64,000 nucleotides of DNA from a virus (Duplodnaviria > Heunggongvirae > Uroviricota > Caudoviricetes), in IMG/VR virus record IMGVR_UViG_3300009703_000007, positions 94,121 through 158,120 of that record, one strand, 5' to 3'. Positions 49,524 to 59,577 of this stretch are shown one piece after another. The notes under the pieces are model-generated. The model made no database searches. It saw only the letters and a list, made by a program, of their open reading frames with translations, and had not been told where the DNA came from. Each line of letters opens with the position of its first letter. Within the stretch, counting starts at the first letter, position 1. Made by a program: the position numbers and the translations under genes.

Positions 49524-50308
49524 TAAACAGCACTCCCTGCGTAGGCTTGGTTTCCGTGGTATACCAAGCCTATCTTGAGTTTGGTAGGGTCGGCTGCGTT
49601 TGCGTCGGATTTAGTGGTGTCGAAGTATCCGGCTTTCTCCATAGCGCCGTTGGACGTGAACACTTTGGAGTGTCTGTCCTTGTCGGTGTCTATCTGGTCG
49701 TCCCATTTGCCTCCATAACTGAGTATGAAGGTCATGTTTTCAGGCACTCCTCCCTCCGACTCGAGGCTCCTCACCAGGGGGATCACCTTCGTATACGCAT
49801 AAAACTGCACTTCGGGCACGGCTCGAACTATGTCCATCCACTTGCGTAGATAGACCGAGTTGAAGAAGTCTCCGGAGTCGTGTATGCGGAACGCCTTGAT
49901 CTTTTGCTTAGCTTTGATCTCTCTTGTAAGCTGCGCAGCCCATCTGTCTGAATCGCGTTTGTACGCTTGCAGGTTGCGGGTGTGTGCTACCATGGTTCCC
50001 TTGAACCCGTAGCCGCCCTGCTGAGCGTAACAGAACCCTGCACACTCTCCTGCACCTGGGCAGGTACTCACGACCTTAGTTCCAGTACCGTCCACTACAG
50101 ACGCGGTAAGGGCAGGGATGGACCACTGGTGAAAATCAGTCAGGGCCAGCTTACTGTTCTGCCTGACCATCTTCTTAGGCCACTTGGATATCTCCGTCAC
50201 CCAGTCCTTCTCGGACATGCCTTTGGCTACGGTTCTCTTCTTTACGGGGTCTACTGTCTTGCTGCTCTTCTTAGAGCGTGTTGCCTGGCGTAGGGTTCTA
50301 TCAGGCAA
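49523..50308 (-). CDS. hypothetical protein with Cys cluster CPGAGECAGFC
   Basis: 261-aa ORF. Cx5Cx3C cluster near the N-terminus, possible Fe-S binding. Confidence 0.45.
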   Translation of the reverse strand: MPDRTLRQATRSKKSSKTVDPVKKRTVAKGMSEKDWVTEISKWPKKMVRQNSKLALTDFHQWSIPALTASVVDGTGTKVVSTCPGAGECAGFCYAQQGGYGFKGTMVAHTRNLQAYKRDSDRWAAQLTREIKAKQKIKAFRIHDSGDFFNSVYLRKWMDIVRAVPEVQFYAYTKVIPLVRSLESEGGVPENMTFILSYGGKWDDQIDTDKDRHSKVFTSNGAMEKAGYFDTTKSDANAADPTKLKIGLVYHGNQAYAGSAV

Positions 50309-50589
50309 CTCCGTGCTTCTTATATACGGCGGCGGCTACAGCCATTAGTGCTCTATCCATTCTGGCCTGAAGAGTGCCTACTGTCGTGGGATAACAGGCG
50401 TCCTTCTTTTCAAACTTTTCCGACGTTACGGTAAGAAAGGGTACAGAGTACCCTTCACCAACTGTGCGCCGCACAGGTGTGGCCATTCCTAGGTATACAG
50501 GCACGTCTATCACTACTGGCTCGCGCGCATCTCGCACGGCCAGGAATTCATCTATCAGCTTTTCTTTGTTTAACATTTCTCCGTTAAAT

Positions 50590-50667
50590 TGGTTGAGGCG
50601 GTAGGATTTGAACCTACAAAATCGCCTGGGTCAGAGCCAGGTGTTCTGCCATTTGAACTACGCCTCA
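50590..50667 (-). tRNA. tRNA-Gln (anticodon CTG)
   Basis: Acceptor tgaggcg/cgcctca. Anticodon stem cctgg/ccagg with loop ctctgac. T arm gtagg-ttcaaat-cctac. CCA encoded. Confidence 0.75.
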
Positions 50668-51024
50668 GTGTTTGTGGTATTTGTTGTCTCTAGGTGTATG
50701 GAACGTTGGCTGAGGTACCCACCCAAGTTCTGTTAGGGTGTAGTAGACACGCGTGTCATTGGCCATGACAGCTGTGCCTACTATTTCGTCTTCAGGCAAG
50801 CTAAATACAGCAGCTTCATCGGCTACTGCGACGCGCCACACCTTTACCATCGGCACCTTGGTACCTTTAGGTGCTATAATCCGGGTACGTGGTATAAACG
50901 CCCTAAGAGTTTTCTCTGCTATTTCTTCGTCTGTCATAGTAGTATAAAGTGGAGGTTGAGGCTAAAACAAGAGAGGGGTCTCTGCCCACCACTCTTGCCC
51001 AGGACTTGCTTGTACACAACCCTG

Positions 51025-51249
51025 TTATCTCATGTGTTTCTTGTTCAGACGGATGCCGCCTCCTGCGCCCGTAGACGAGTCGATCGTAAACCCGTCTTCC
51101 CTGGCCTGAGCGATGTGCCTGAACGTAACTCTGGTACTGATGCCCAGGTCCTTCGCCAGGTCAGGCACCGTAGTAAAGCCTCTCCTCTTGAGCGCCTCCA
51201 CTACGGTGGCCACTCGCTTCTGTCGTGGGTGCATGTCATGTCCTTTCAT
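51025..51249 (-). CDS. small HTH DNA-binding protein
   Basis: 74 aa. VPDLAKDLGISTRVTFRHI helix-turn-helix. Confidence 0.5.
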   Translation of the reverse strand: MKGHDMHPRQKRVATVVEALKRRGFTTVPDLAKDLGISTRVTFRHIAQAREDGFTIDSSTGAGGGIRLNKKHMR

Positions 51250-52561
51250 TCTACGTATACTTAACGTGCAGCCGAAGGGCGCTACTCCCTCACCTTGGCG
51301 GCGTACCCTATACGGTATTGGCTAGCCTCTCACGGCTTGCTAACCCGTAGCCGGTCTCGGATCTCTCTTCCGAGTCCATATGCGCTTAACACCTAATCTG
51401 CACGGAGATTTGCACGGACACGAATCCGTGACTAACTCGAGCTCCACCTTTCGACGGTCACGTTACAGGCCAACGTCGTCAAGCTACCTGCCATTTACGT
51501 GTGGGTCTACCTGTACCTGAACAACACCGACCATACGCCAACCCACCAAGACGGTATGCGACATATTGCTCAGATGCGCTAGTGCCCCAGAAGGAATCGC
51601 AGCCTAAGCTGGCCTCAAGGAGTTCTAGCGACTTTACTTAGTAACGCTGCGCATCTTTAACGCCCCCTTACCGTCGTTCACACATAGGCTTTGCGCGGCC
51701 TGTGCATGTGACTCACTGGCAGTGAGGGAGCCTGAGGTGCGTCATTTCGCAGCTGGCGCGCTTAGTAGGGGCTCGCCATCCTCTTGTTTACCTTGATATT
51801 GTCCCACGATCGTCTCCGTAGGGGGAGCCTATCCTTAGCGCTCGGTTACATACTGGCACAGACCAGTGACCTAGCGCAGCGCCACTCTCGCTACATGTAT
51901 GGAAAGGTGACCTAGGCTCATCGTCACGACGGAGGCTACCAGTGTTCACTGCCTCTTGCAGGTTCAGGGGCGTAGTGCCGGTCGGGAAGAACCTGAAAGC
52001 CCTCCTGCCACACACTGCTAACGATCGCAGTCATCGGAGGTTTACGACGCCCTCAAACGTTACCGTAATAGAGCACAGTACGGTCTGTGCCAACGAAATC
52101 TGCGCCGTTGGTGGTGGCCGCACGGGTCTGCTAACTTCGCCCGTGACTAACTCCAAAGCCCCGTAGATACAACAGCGATTAGCTTTGGTTGTTCGCTGAG
52201 GGTGTTGGGCCAACTTCAGGCGGCACGTCCAGGACTTCACCAGCCCTAGTTCCCGCGTGCCCGGGAAGCCTACTATGGTGACCATATTCATGACGCACGA
52301 TTACTCGTACGCTCCCGGGCGCGATCAAGCATGGCAGGACTTCTTTGAAAGGAGCGCCCGTGGAGCCGTCGGCGCGGCTCGTGAACTCCTCTCACCATCT
52401 ATTGGAGATCCGATGGTGGTTGAAAGCGGGCGTTGCTTGCGCTTACGTCCTACCTTCAATCTCTTATACCCCGTCGTGGTCCTGGTTTGGGAACAACGCC
52501 TCGTAGAGTCTTATCGATCCGTAGGTGTACGCTGCTACTGCCAAGAGCACGAGGAGTAGTT

Positions 52562-52930
52562 TCACAGCGTCTGTTGCACGATGTACGACTCCCGCACGTC
52601 TGCAGGCAGCCCCAGGTCGCGGAGGAACTTATTTACCGGAGCAGGGTCATTGTTGGCAAACACTGTAAACCAATACACCCCTCCAGAGGCGTAAGGGGAC
52701 TCGTTGACTACGAACACGTGGGTGCCGTTGCTGGTATCCTCGTATCTGCGAGCTAGAAGATCCCCGAACGGGTCCGCCACTGCTTCGCACACCCAGGTGC
52801 CCAAGCAACTTTGTAGGATGCAACCCCTTACAAAGGGCTCCGCCCCATTAGGGATGCTCCCTCGACCATCCCACTGGATAAAACCAGGCGAGGCAAAATC
52901 CGCGAGCCTTGTATAAACTCTTCTTCCCAT
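52562..52930 (-). CDS. hypothetical protein
   Basis: 122-aa ORF. Confidence 0.4.
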   Translation of the reverse strand: MGRRVYTRLADFASPGFIQWDGRGSIPNGAEPFVRGCILQSCLGTWVCEAVADPFGDLLARRYEDTSNGTHVFVVNESPYASGGVYWFTVFANNDPAPVNKFLRDLGLPADVRESYIVQQTL

Positions 52931-53667
52931 TACTTCTCCCGTCTTTGCTTTCTCCTGGCCTTCCTGTTGGGCTTGTATCCAGGGCTGGCACGGAACGATG
53001 TCTTGTCGAAACCTTTCATTGCCATCCTGTCCTCGTCTGAGATCTCTAGCGGAGGAGGTGCGTTGTCGGCCAGTACGCTGCCGAGGAACATGTCCAATTC
53101 CTGGTAGGCTTGGTACGGGTCGACGTGCTTGGCGAAGCTGAAGTCCTTAAGGCATGGGTTGACGTAGATGCGCCTAGCATCCTCCCGCATTCGGCGAAAC
53201 CTGATGCTGGGACTGCGTACTGACTCTGCTAGAATCACGGGAGCGTTGTGAGACACGAAAACCTTGTCCGGCACCGGCTCTGCCATCTTGGCTTCCCACT
53301 CCTCTGCTAGCTGACGAAGGCGCTTCTTGTACTCCCTCTCTCCTCGCACCGTCAGGCTGTGCAGATCCTTGCGTTGCTTACGGTACCTCAACTCCATAGC
53401 AGGCCAGTCTTTGGGCAGGTGGTGTTTTCCGTCTTCGTCCTCCGCCCACACATACAGCTTTCCGCAGAACCACACGCTCACCACCCGGTAAGGCCCGGCT
53501 AGGTTAGGCATGGGTGGCCTACCCTTAGCGAGATAAGACCCGTACTTGACTTCGTCCTCACCCGGCCCGTGCGCAGTGGCTAGCACTGAATGGCGCAGAT
53601 ACAACGGGCTCTGGTCCCCGGGGCTCACTCCGTCGTAGTAATCCCCGAACTTGCTTATGATCTTCAT
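52930..53667 (-). CDS. hypothetical protein
   Basis: 245-aa ORF with basic C-terminus. Confidence 0.45.
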   Translation of the reverse strand: MKIISKFGDYYDGVSPGDQSPLYLRHSVLATAHGPGEDEVKYGSYLAKGRPPMPNLAGPYRVVSVWFCGKLYVWAEDEDGKHHLPKDWPAMELRYRKQRKDLHSLTVRGEREYKKRLRQLAEEWEAKMAEPVPDKVFVSHNAPVILAESVRSPSIRFRRMREDARRIYVNPCLKDFSFAKHVDPYQAYQELDMFLGSVLADNAPPPLEISDEDRMAMKGFDKTSFRASPGYKPNRKARRKQRREK

Positions 53668-54608
53668 TTCTTCTTCCCATCCCTCAAGTGGTGATCCTTG
53701 CTCTTGGGCTTGTCCGAGTTCACATTCTTACGCCTACGGCGAAGGCCGTGGATCCTCAGGTCCTTCTTGGATGCGAGGAGACGGCTGACGAGCACGGGAA
53801 CTCCCTCGGGGAGGTTGCCGTAGTAGTACTTACCATTGAGTACACCCGAGTCTCCTTCCCAGACGCGCTTCTCCACATCAGCCCAGACCCAGCTGTACCC
53901 GTAGAGAGCATTAGGATCCTCGACCTTCACTTGTCTGTTAACCGTGAACACTCGCAAGACAGGCTTCACCGCCGGCCGGAACGTCACTCGGTACCAGAAC
54001 CCTCCGTGGTACTCGAAGCGAAGCCACTGGGACACCACCTTCTCGTTGCGCCACTTCTTTCGTGCCGCCTTGACTTCGCGCGCCTTCACCCACCCATAGC
54101 GCGGCACCGGACCGAACTCCCGCAGTATCCCTTCTTCGTCCACGTACCAAACCTCGTCTCGATGGTGCCGATAGAAGTCACGCACCGTGCCGTTGATGCC
54201 TACCGACTTGGTCCAAAGCTCCTCCACGCCTCGGCTGTCCTTACGGAACTCCCAATTGCCGTACAAGGACACGTACTGCATGAGGTGCGAGTAGATGTGG
54301 ATGTGCGTAGCGCTGTCCGGCTTGAACCGCTGACGTAGCTCCGAAAACACGTCATCCCACTTGCGTCCCACGTTCTTGTGCAGAAGCCCGCGGAGCGGAG
54401 ACAAGTGCTCCCCGAAGTCCTTCGCCAGCCAACGTTCCTTGTGAGGACGTCGCATGCCCTGCTTGACAGGGCCGTGATAGTGGCCGTCCTCGTCGAGATC
54501 GGCACGCCAGTTGAATCCCTGGCCCTTACGGCGCCGGACCAGCTGGTACTTTCGAGTAGACCCGAAGCGCTCACTCTCGCAGATCAGCTTGTCGAGATCA
54601 TCTCGCAT
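53664..54608 (-). CDS. hypothetical protein (Arg/Lys/Trp-rich)
   Basis: 314-aa ORF. Confidence 0.45.
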   Translation of the reverse strand: MRDDLDKLICESERFGSTRKYQLVRRRKGQGFNWRADLDEDGHYHGPVKQGMRRPHKERWLAKDFGEHLSPLRGLLHKNVGRKWDDVFSELRQRFKPDSATHIHIYSHLMQYVSLYGNWEFRKDSRGVEELWTKSVGINGTVRDFYRHHRDEVWYVDEEGILREFGPVPRYGWVKAREVKAARKKWRNEKVVSQWLRFEYHGGFWYRVTFRPAVKPVLRVFTVNRQVKVEDPNALYGYSWVWADVEKRVWEGDSGVLNGKYYYGNLPEGVPVLVSRLLASKKDLRIHGLRRRRKNVNSDKPKSKDHHLRDGKKK

Positions 54609-55321
54609 TGGTATCCCTTCGTGGTTAGTAACTGCAAGGTCTTATGTAGTCGCAGGACATGTTGATCAGCTCTTTGGCGCCGCAGTAGTACTCGACTACT
54701 AGGATCGTGATGCCCTCGAACGCTAGGGTTCGGCGTGCTATCTCATCCTCGCCGCACCACCTACAGTGTCTTCTCTCATTCACAGTTCTACCGCGTAAAC
54801 ACGGCCTCCAGTACCTCTGTTAGGTTGTTGATTTTATCAAGTAAATGGTGGAGGCGGTGGCATCGAAGCCACGTCCCGAGTTTGCTAGTAGCGTCAGCCT
54901 TTTACGTGAGGTAGCCCTTCAGCCGGAGGGCACGGTGTCGCTGACTTTGCCAGCAGTCAACCTCTGAAGTTTCGCAGTCACGAGGGAGGCACCTCGATTC
55001 AGCTATCTCTAGTACATTTGACCCTGCGCGCTACAAGAGCATCTTACGCGCAAAGCCCCGGAGTCCATCACGTTGGATCATCTCCGGAAAGGACTTCGTT
55101 CTGCCTAGGCAGCGACGGCGAGAGGCGCGAACGCTCCCTCGTCGACGTCGAACTCGCTGACGAGCTCGGCATCGAAGTCCTCGTAGTTCCCGTTGTTGGC
55201 AACTATTTGAACTGGGTGTTTATCGGTTCACCCATCCTACTCACGAAACTGGGGCATTCACACCCCGGTCGAGTCCTTTCGCCCCCGTAAGGGTATGTTC
55301 TGCTTTCTTATACCATTTTGC

Positions 55322-55349
55322 TTGACAATTGTAGGTTACTTGTTATAGT
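55322..55349 (+). promoter_or_regulatory. sigma70-type promoter (TTGACA-16-TATAGT) for the HNH gene, predicted leaderless
   Basis: ttgaca at 55322-55327 and tatagt at 55344-55349. The ATG is at 55357. Confidence 0.5.
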
Positions 55350-55356
55350 CTTTTGC

Positions 55357-55929
55357 ATGGTAAACGAAACTCAGTGCTGCACTAGGTGTAAGCGTGACAA
55401 GCCCTTCGCTGCATTCTCCAAGAAGAGCTCAGCACCCAACGGACGACGAACGTACTGCAGAGCTTGCGCGGCAGCGTACGACGCGAAATACAGACGGTCC
55501 GAGCACGGTGCCAAAGTACGCCGAGATTACAAGTTGACTACAGTCGGGCGACTGCATCGTCGCGCTGAGCGACATCGCCGTAGAGCGCGCTCTAAGGACG
55601 CAGGTACACTGACTCGGTACACGTTGGAAATCGTCATGCTGCGTAACAGCGTTGCTTATGGTCGGCTGACCTGTGTATACTGCAAGGTAGATGTGCACGA
55701 CCAGTCATGGCACCTAGAGCACTTCACTCCGCTGAGTCGTGGGGGGTCCAACGACGCAAGTAACCTGGGCATCGCCTGCAGCACATGCAATACGTCCAAA
55801 GGCGTTAAGCTGTACGAAGAGATGCCACGCTTGAACGAGGACTATCTCAAAGTAGAGCAGGTTACCTTCGTAGAGAACATACTGCACGAAGCTGCGGAGA
55901 AGTACGACCTTATGTCGTCTGTTGCTTAG
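55357..55929 (+). CDS. HNH endonuclease (free-standing)
   Basis: HLEHFTPLSRGGSNDASNLGIACSTCNTSKG HNH motif. N-terminal CxxC pairs. The track ORF starts at an upstream TTG; the internal ATG was chosen. Confidence 0.7.
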   Translation: MVNETQCCTRCKRDKPFAAFSKKSSAPNGRRTYCRACAAAYDAKYRRSEHGAKVRRDYKLTTVGRLHRRAERHRRRARSKDAGTLTRYTLEIVMLRNSVAYGRLTCVYCKVDVHDQSWHLEHFTPLSRGGSNDASNLGIACSTCNTSKGVKLYEEMPRLNEDYLKVEQVTFVENILHEAAEKYDLMSSVA

Positions 55930-56690
55930 AACTCCAGCATACCGCCCTTGTCGCGCAGGAACTGGAGTATCTTCTTGTTCTTGGCGCCTTTGACGCCGTA
56001 CTCTACTACTTCTTGAAGACCAGGTACTTCTAGTTTTCGTCTATAGGCGGATACACCCATGCACATAAACACTTTAGGACATGTGCCTTTGTTAATGTTC
56101 TTGGCTGCACACGCACACTCCGCCAGCAGGAAATCTGCAGGCCACGCGCCCATCATGGAAGCTGTAGTTTTTATAGCGAGAGCGGTCCTGTCCCCGTAGA
56201 CGCGTAACCCCACGTCAAACTTACTTTTGCCGGTATCTTTGCAAACGGTTAGCGGGCGCCGTACCTCTTCTATTGTGTGTGGCTTGCGGTTCAGCTTGTT
56301 GCCTTTGTTGGAGCTCTTTGGAAGCTTTGGGTTGGTCGGAGTAACAACCCAGTCGCAGGACAGTGATATCGTGTCTGCGTAGCGATGGTTGTAATAACCG
56401 TCTGCCTTACCGACAACGCGCAGTAGAGCTATTGCTGGCCTAGGTACAGGTGGTGAATAACTGTAGAGGCCTTTGAGCGCACGGATCCCCTCTATGTTCT
56501 TGGCTTTCTTTAGGGTGTGTAGCCCTCTGGTTTCGATCCTCAAATGCCAAGACCCGGGAGTTGCTACTACCTCCTCTTTGTAGGCGTCTCCCCGTAGGGG
56601 CATCTCGACACATTCTACCTTCCAATCCCTAAACAGCTTAGAGTGTTTACTAGGCGCCAGCGCCGCTAGGCTATAATATCCTGTAGGCAT
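55926..56690 (-). CDS. hypothetical protein
   Basis: 254-aa ORF. Confidence 0.4.
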   Translation of the reverse strand: MPTGYYSLAALAPSKHSKLFRDWKVECVEMPLRGDAYKEEVVATPGSWHLRIETRGLHTLKKAKNIEGIRALKGLYSYSPPVPRPAIALLRVVGKADGYYNHRYADTISLSCDWVVTPTNPKLPKSSNKGNKLNRKPHTIEEVRRPLTVCKDTGKSKFDVGLRVYGDRTALAIKTTASMMGAWPADFLLAECACAAKNINKGTCPKVFMCMGVSAYRRKLEVPGLQEVVEYGVKGAKNKKILQFLRDKGGMLEF

Positions 56691-56708
56691 GTTTTATTCC
56701 TTTGCAGC

Positions 56709-58484
56709 TTGAGGCAAACTGTGGTTGATGTTCTAAAATTAATAGGAACGCCCTTCTTGAACGTAGCTAAGGAGACTGTGAAGCTGGCTGCAAGACGATC
56801 TCGTAACCGTACCCCCCACGCTTTCCAGAGAGCAGGCGAACGCGCGTCGGATGTGGATGAGGAGTACCTAAACCACTTAGACGACTATGTGAGGCAGCAG
56901 CAGCTACCCAACGCGCACTACTACGCCGCTATCACAGCAGGAGCTCCCGGCACCGTCCGGGGCTATGCAGCGTTTAAACCCACATCCTCAGGTCCTGTGC
57001 TGGCTACGGTGCTGTCTCCTGGGATGATACCGAAAGGCAAATCTCTGCATTTACAAGACAGAGGACGCTACGTACCTAGACTCAACGAGCTGGACAGATC
57101 CCTTAATAGTCGTATACAGGTGAATAAGGTGGCTGAGTTTGCCCCCGGCATCCCTGACAAAAAAGTCATCAAGCGCATACCGTTTGTAACGAACTCAGAG
57201 GAGTGGGACTACGTCATCCACGATCATCACGCCGAACGAGCAGGTAGACACTACGACTTGCGGCTATGTGACAAACAAGGCAACGCCCATTCATGGGCAA
57301 TGCGTTACTGGCCATTGACTGGAGAACGTCGCTTAGCTGTGCAGCAGCCTACGCACACCAAGCAATACATGAACTTCTCTGGTGTCATAGAGGACGGTTA
57401 CGGCAAGGGCAATGTCAACATATGGAAGAAGGGTAGGGCGGAGATAGTCAAGGCCAACAACCGTGAAGTGCTGTTCCACCTCGCGGAGGGCCGACTTATA
57501 CACGAGTTCGCGCTCATACGTACCAAGGACAACCAATGGCTGCTCATCAACAAGACCGCCACTCGTGAGAGGTTCGATGTTCCGTCACATAAGCCATCGA
57601 TGCGAGAAACGTCGTTGGACGATGCAGAGCTGGTGGACAACGATGATTACATAGCCTTGTCCAAACTAGATGGTGCACACGCTATAGTCAGCTTACACCC
57701 CCACCATGAGAAGCAAGTCAGAGTCTTCTCTTACAGGGAGCCCAAAACCAAAGGGCGCGATGTAATTGAGTACACGCACAAGATAGGCCCTAGCGTGTAT
57801 GGGTCACAGGTACCCAACAAGTATAAAGACACTGTGTTGCGAGGTGAAGTGTGGGCTTCGTCTCCGGACGGTAGGCCGCTTCACTCGTCAGAGGTAGCAG
57901 GACTACTCAACGCCAACTTGTGGAAGTCTCGAGAGAACCAGGCGCAGAAGGGACAGCTGCGCACCACTGTATTCGATGTGATCAAACACCGTGGCAAAGA
58001 TGTATCGGACTTACCCTACCCAAAGAAGCTGGACCTTCTAAGAGATATAGTCAATGAGGTTGATTACCTTGAGTTACCTACAGTTGCAGAAACTTCGTCA
58101 CAAAAGCGCCTCCTCATTGAGGCGGTTAAAAACGATCCTTTCCACGAAAGTGCAGAGGGCATTATACTCCAACCCCGAGCGGGCGGTAAAGCTGTTAAAG
58201 CTAAAATACGCCCTGACTACGATGTCTATGTCAGACGCATTTTCCAAGCTATCAGCAAGTCTGGAGTTCCCCATAACAGAGCCGGAGGCTTTGAGTATAG
58301 CTGGAAGCCAGAGGGACCCATTGTTGGTAGAGTTGGTACGGGATTTACTCATGCAGAAGCTAGAGACATGTGGGCGAACCAAGACAAGTACGTCGGGAGA
58401 GTAGCCAAGGTTTTCGCTAGGACCAAGTACTCGTCAGGTGCCCTGGGCGAACCGTCGTTCAACGCTTGGCATATGGACAAGTAG
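56709..58484 (+). CDS. LigD-like protein: 3'-phosphoesterase domain + ATP-dependent DNA ligase
   Basis: N-terminal LigD-PE-like HYDLRL...MNFSGVIEDGYGKGNVNIW. Ligase motif I SKLDGAH. Motif IV EGIILQ. Motif V VKAKIR. Confidence 0.75.
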   Translation: MRQTVVDVLKLIGTPFLNVAKETVKLAARRSRNRTPHAFQRAGERASDVDEEYLNHLDDYVRQQQLPNAHYYAAITAGAPGTVRGYAAFKPTSSGPVLATVLSPGMIPKGKSLHLQDRGRYVPRLNELDRSLNSRIQVNKVAEFAPGIPDKKVIKRIPFVTNSEEWDYVIHDHHAERAGRHYDLRLCDKQGNAHSWAMRYWPLTGERRLAVQQPTHTKQYMNFSGVIEDGYGKGNVNIWKKGRAEIVKANNREVLFHLAEGRLIHEFALIRTKDNQWLLINKTATRERFDVPSHKPSMRETSLDDAELVDNDDYIALSKLDGAHAIVSLHPHHEKQVRVFSYREPKTKGRDVIEYTHKIGPSVYGSQVPNKYKDTVLRGEVWASSPDGRPLHSSEVAGLLNANLWKSRENQAQKGQLRTTVFDVIKHRGKDVSDLPYPKKLDLLRDIVNEVDYLELPTVAETSSQKRLLIEAVKNDPFHESAEGIILQPRAGGKAVKAKIRPDYDVYVRRIFQAISKSGVPHNRAGGFEYSWKPEGPIVGRVGTGFTHAEARDMWANQDKYVGRVAKVFARTKYSSGALGEPSFNAWHMDK

Positions 58485-58979
58485 CTAAAGAAGAAGGGAG
58501 AAACGAGCTCTCCTTCCTTCCCTAGGTACTACTGAACGCTCTGCATGATATGCAGAGCTACGAGCAAGATGATACACGATCCTGCAAGCACTACCGTACT
58601 TCGCATTACCAGCCGCATTTCGTCGACCGTTGTCTGCACAGCACTTAGCGCTTCCTTCAGCTTGAGTACCCGCTCTCGTAGCAGATCCTCGGTACTCACT
58701 TCTTGTCCTTTGGGGTCGTACATCAACACACTCCTACGCCGTGGCTGAGCAGCTCAGCTGCTTCCGCCTCAGCTGTCGCATCGTCCAGTGACGCTACCAA
58801 CGCGTCGAGAGGGGTTTGCTGGCTAGCCTTGAGCTCCTCCAGCATTTCCCAGGCAGACTTCTCGGATTCGATGAGAGCGTCGAGGGCAGCCAGAGCCTTG
58901 GATCCTTTCCAACGAGGAAACGCCAGTACTGCCTGAAAGTACTCTCTCATCTCAGGCACGGTCATGTTATCGGAGGCCA

Positions 58980-59254
58980 TCAGTTGTTCTCATGACACGT
59001 GGTGTCACTGAGCAATCCCCACCCGAAGATGCACTTGATGGTGATGGATCGGTCCACCGTAGCAGCGTTGCTCTCGTCAGGACAGCTCATGCGCACCTCA
59101 GTTTGGGAGATGCTGTCGAGGCGATGGTTCAACACCTGAAAGCTGTGACACTCCGGGTGCGCACGCTGAGCGTACTGCATAGGAGGGCCTTCACCTACGC
59201 ACCCTGGAAGAGCGAGCATCGCGACGGCGAGGAGGAGCATCAGAAGACGGTTCA
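58980..59254 (-). CDS. putative lipoprotein
   Basis: MNRLLMLLLAVAMLALPGC lipobox. The track ORF starts at an upstream in-frame ATG. Confidence 0.45.
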
Positions 59255-59547
59255 TAGTCTGTTCCAGTTTCCTTCCCAATCGGTGTAGTATACCTTCTTG
59301 ACACCGTAGGAATTTATCATGTTTTGGCATAGCTCACACGGTTTCGCCATGGTAACTGTGCCGTCGGCGAGGAAACGAACCACGTACAGTACGTCACTAG
59401 GACGTGCCTCTATGGCTCGCAACACGGCTATCTCAGCGTGTATATGTGCCCCTGTATCCCCGTTGGCGTATACGCGCCTTGAGTGTGGGGACGTCCGGTG
59501 GCTGTTGGTTTTGATGAAGTCTGTCTTTTTTCGGCGGAGTATCGCTG
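59251..59547 (-). CDS. CMP/dCMP deaminase-like zinc-binding domain ORF without a start codon, in-frame with the PNK gene across two TAG codons
   Basis: Translation ...GAHIHAEIAVLRAIEARPSDVLYVVRFLADGTVTMAKPCELCQNMINSYGVKKVYY carries the HAE and PCxxC deaminase zinc motifs. There is no ATG, GTG or TTG upstream. Same frame as 59578..60135, separated by TAG at 59578-80 and TAG at 59548-50. Confidence 0.45.
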
Positions 59548-59577
59548 CTACGTGCTCGTTGTGCCCGTTTCGGAGGG

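Noticed and set aside
51250-52560. tmRNA, RNase P RNA or group II domain V in the ORF-poor region
   Set aside because: I looked by eye for GGAAAGUCC-type P4, a tRNA-like acceptor/T arm with tag ORF, and domain V motifs, and found none. Covariance models are needed.
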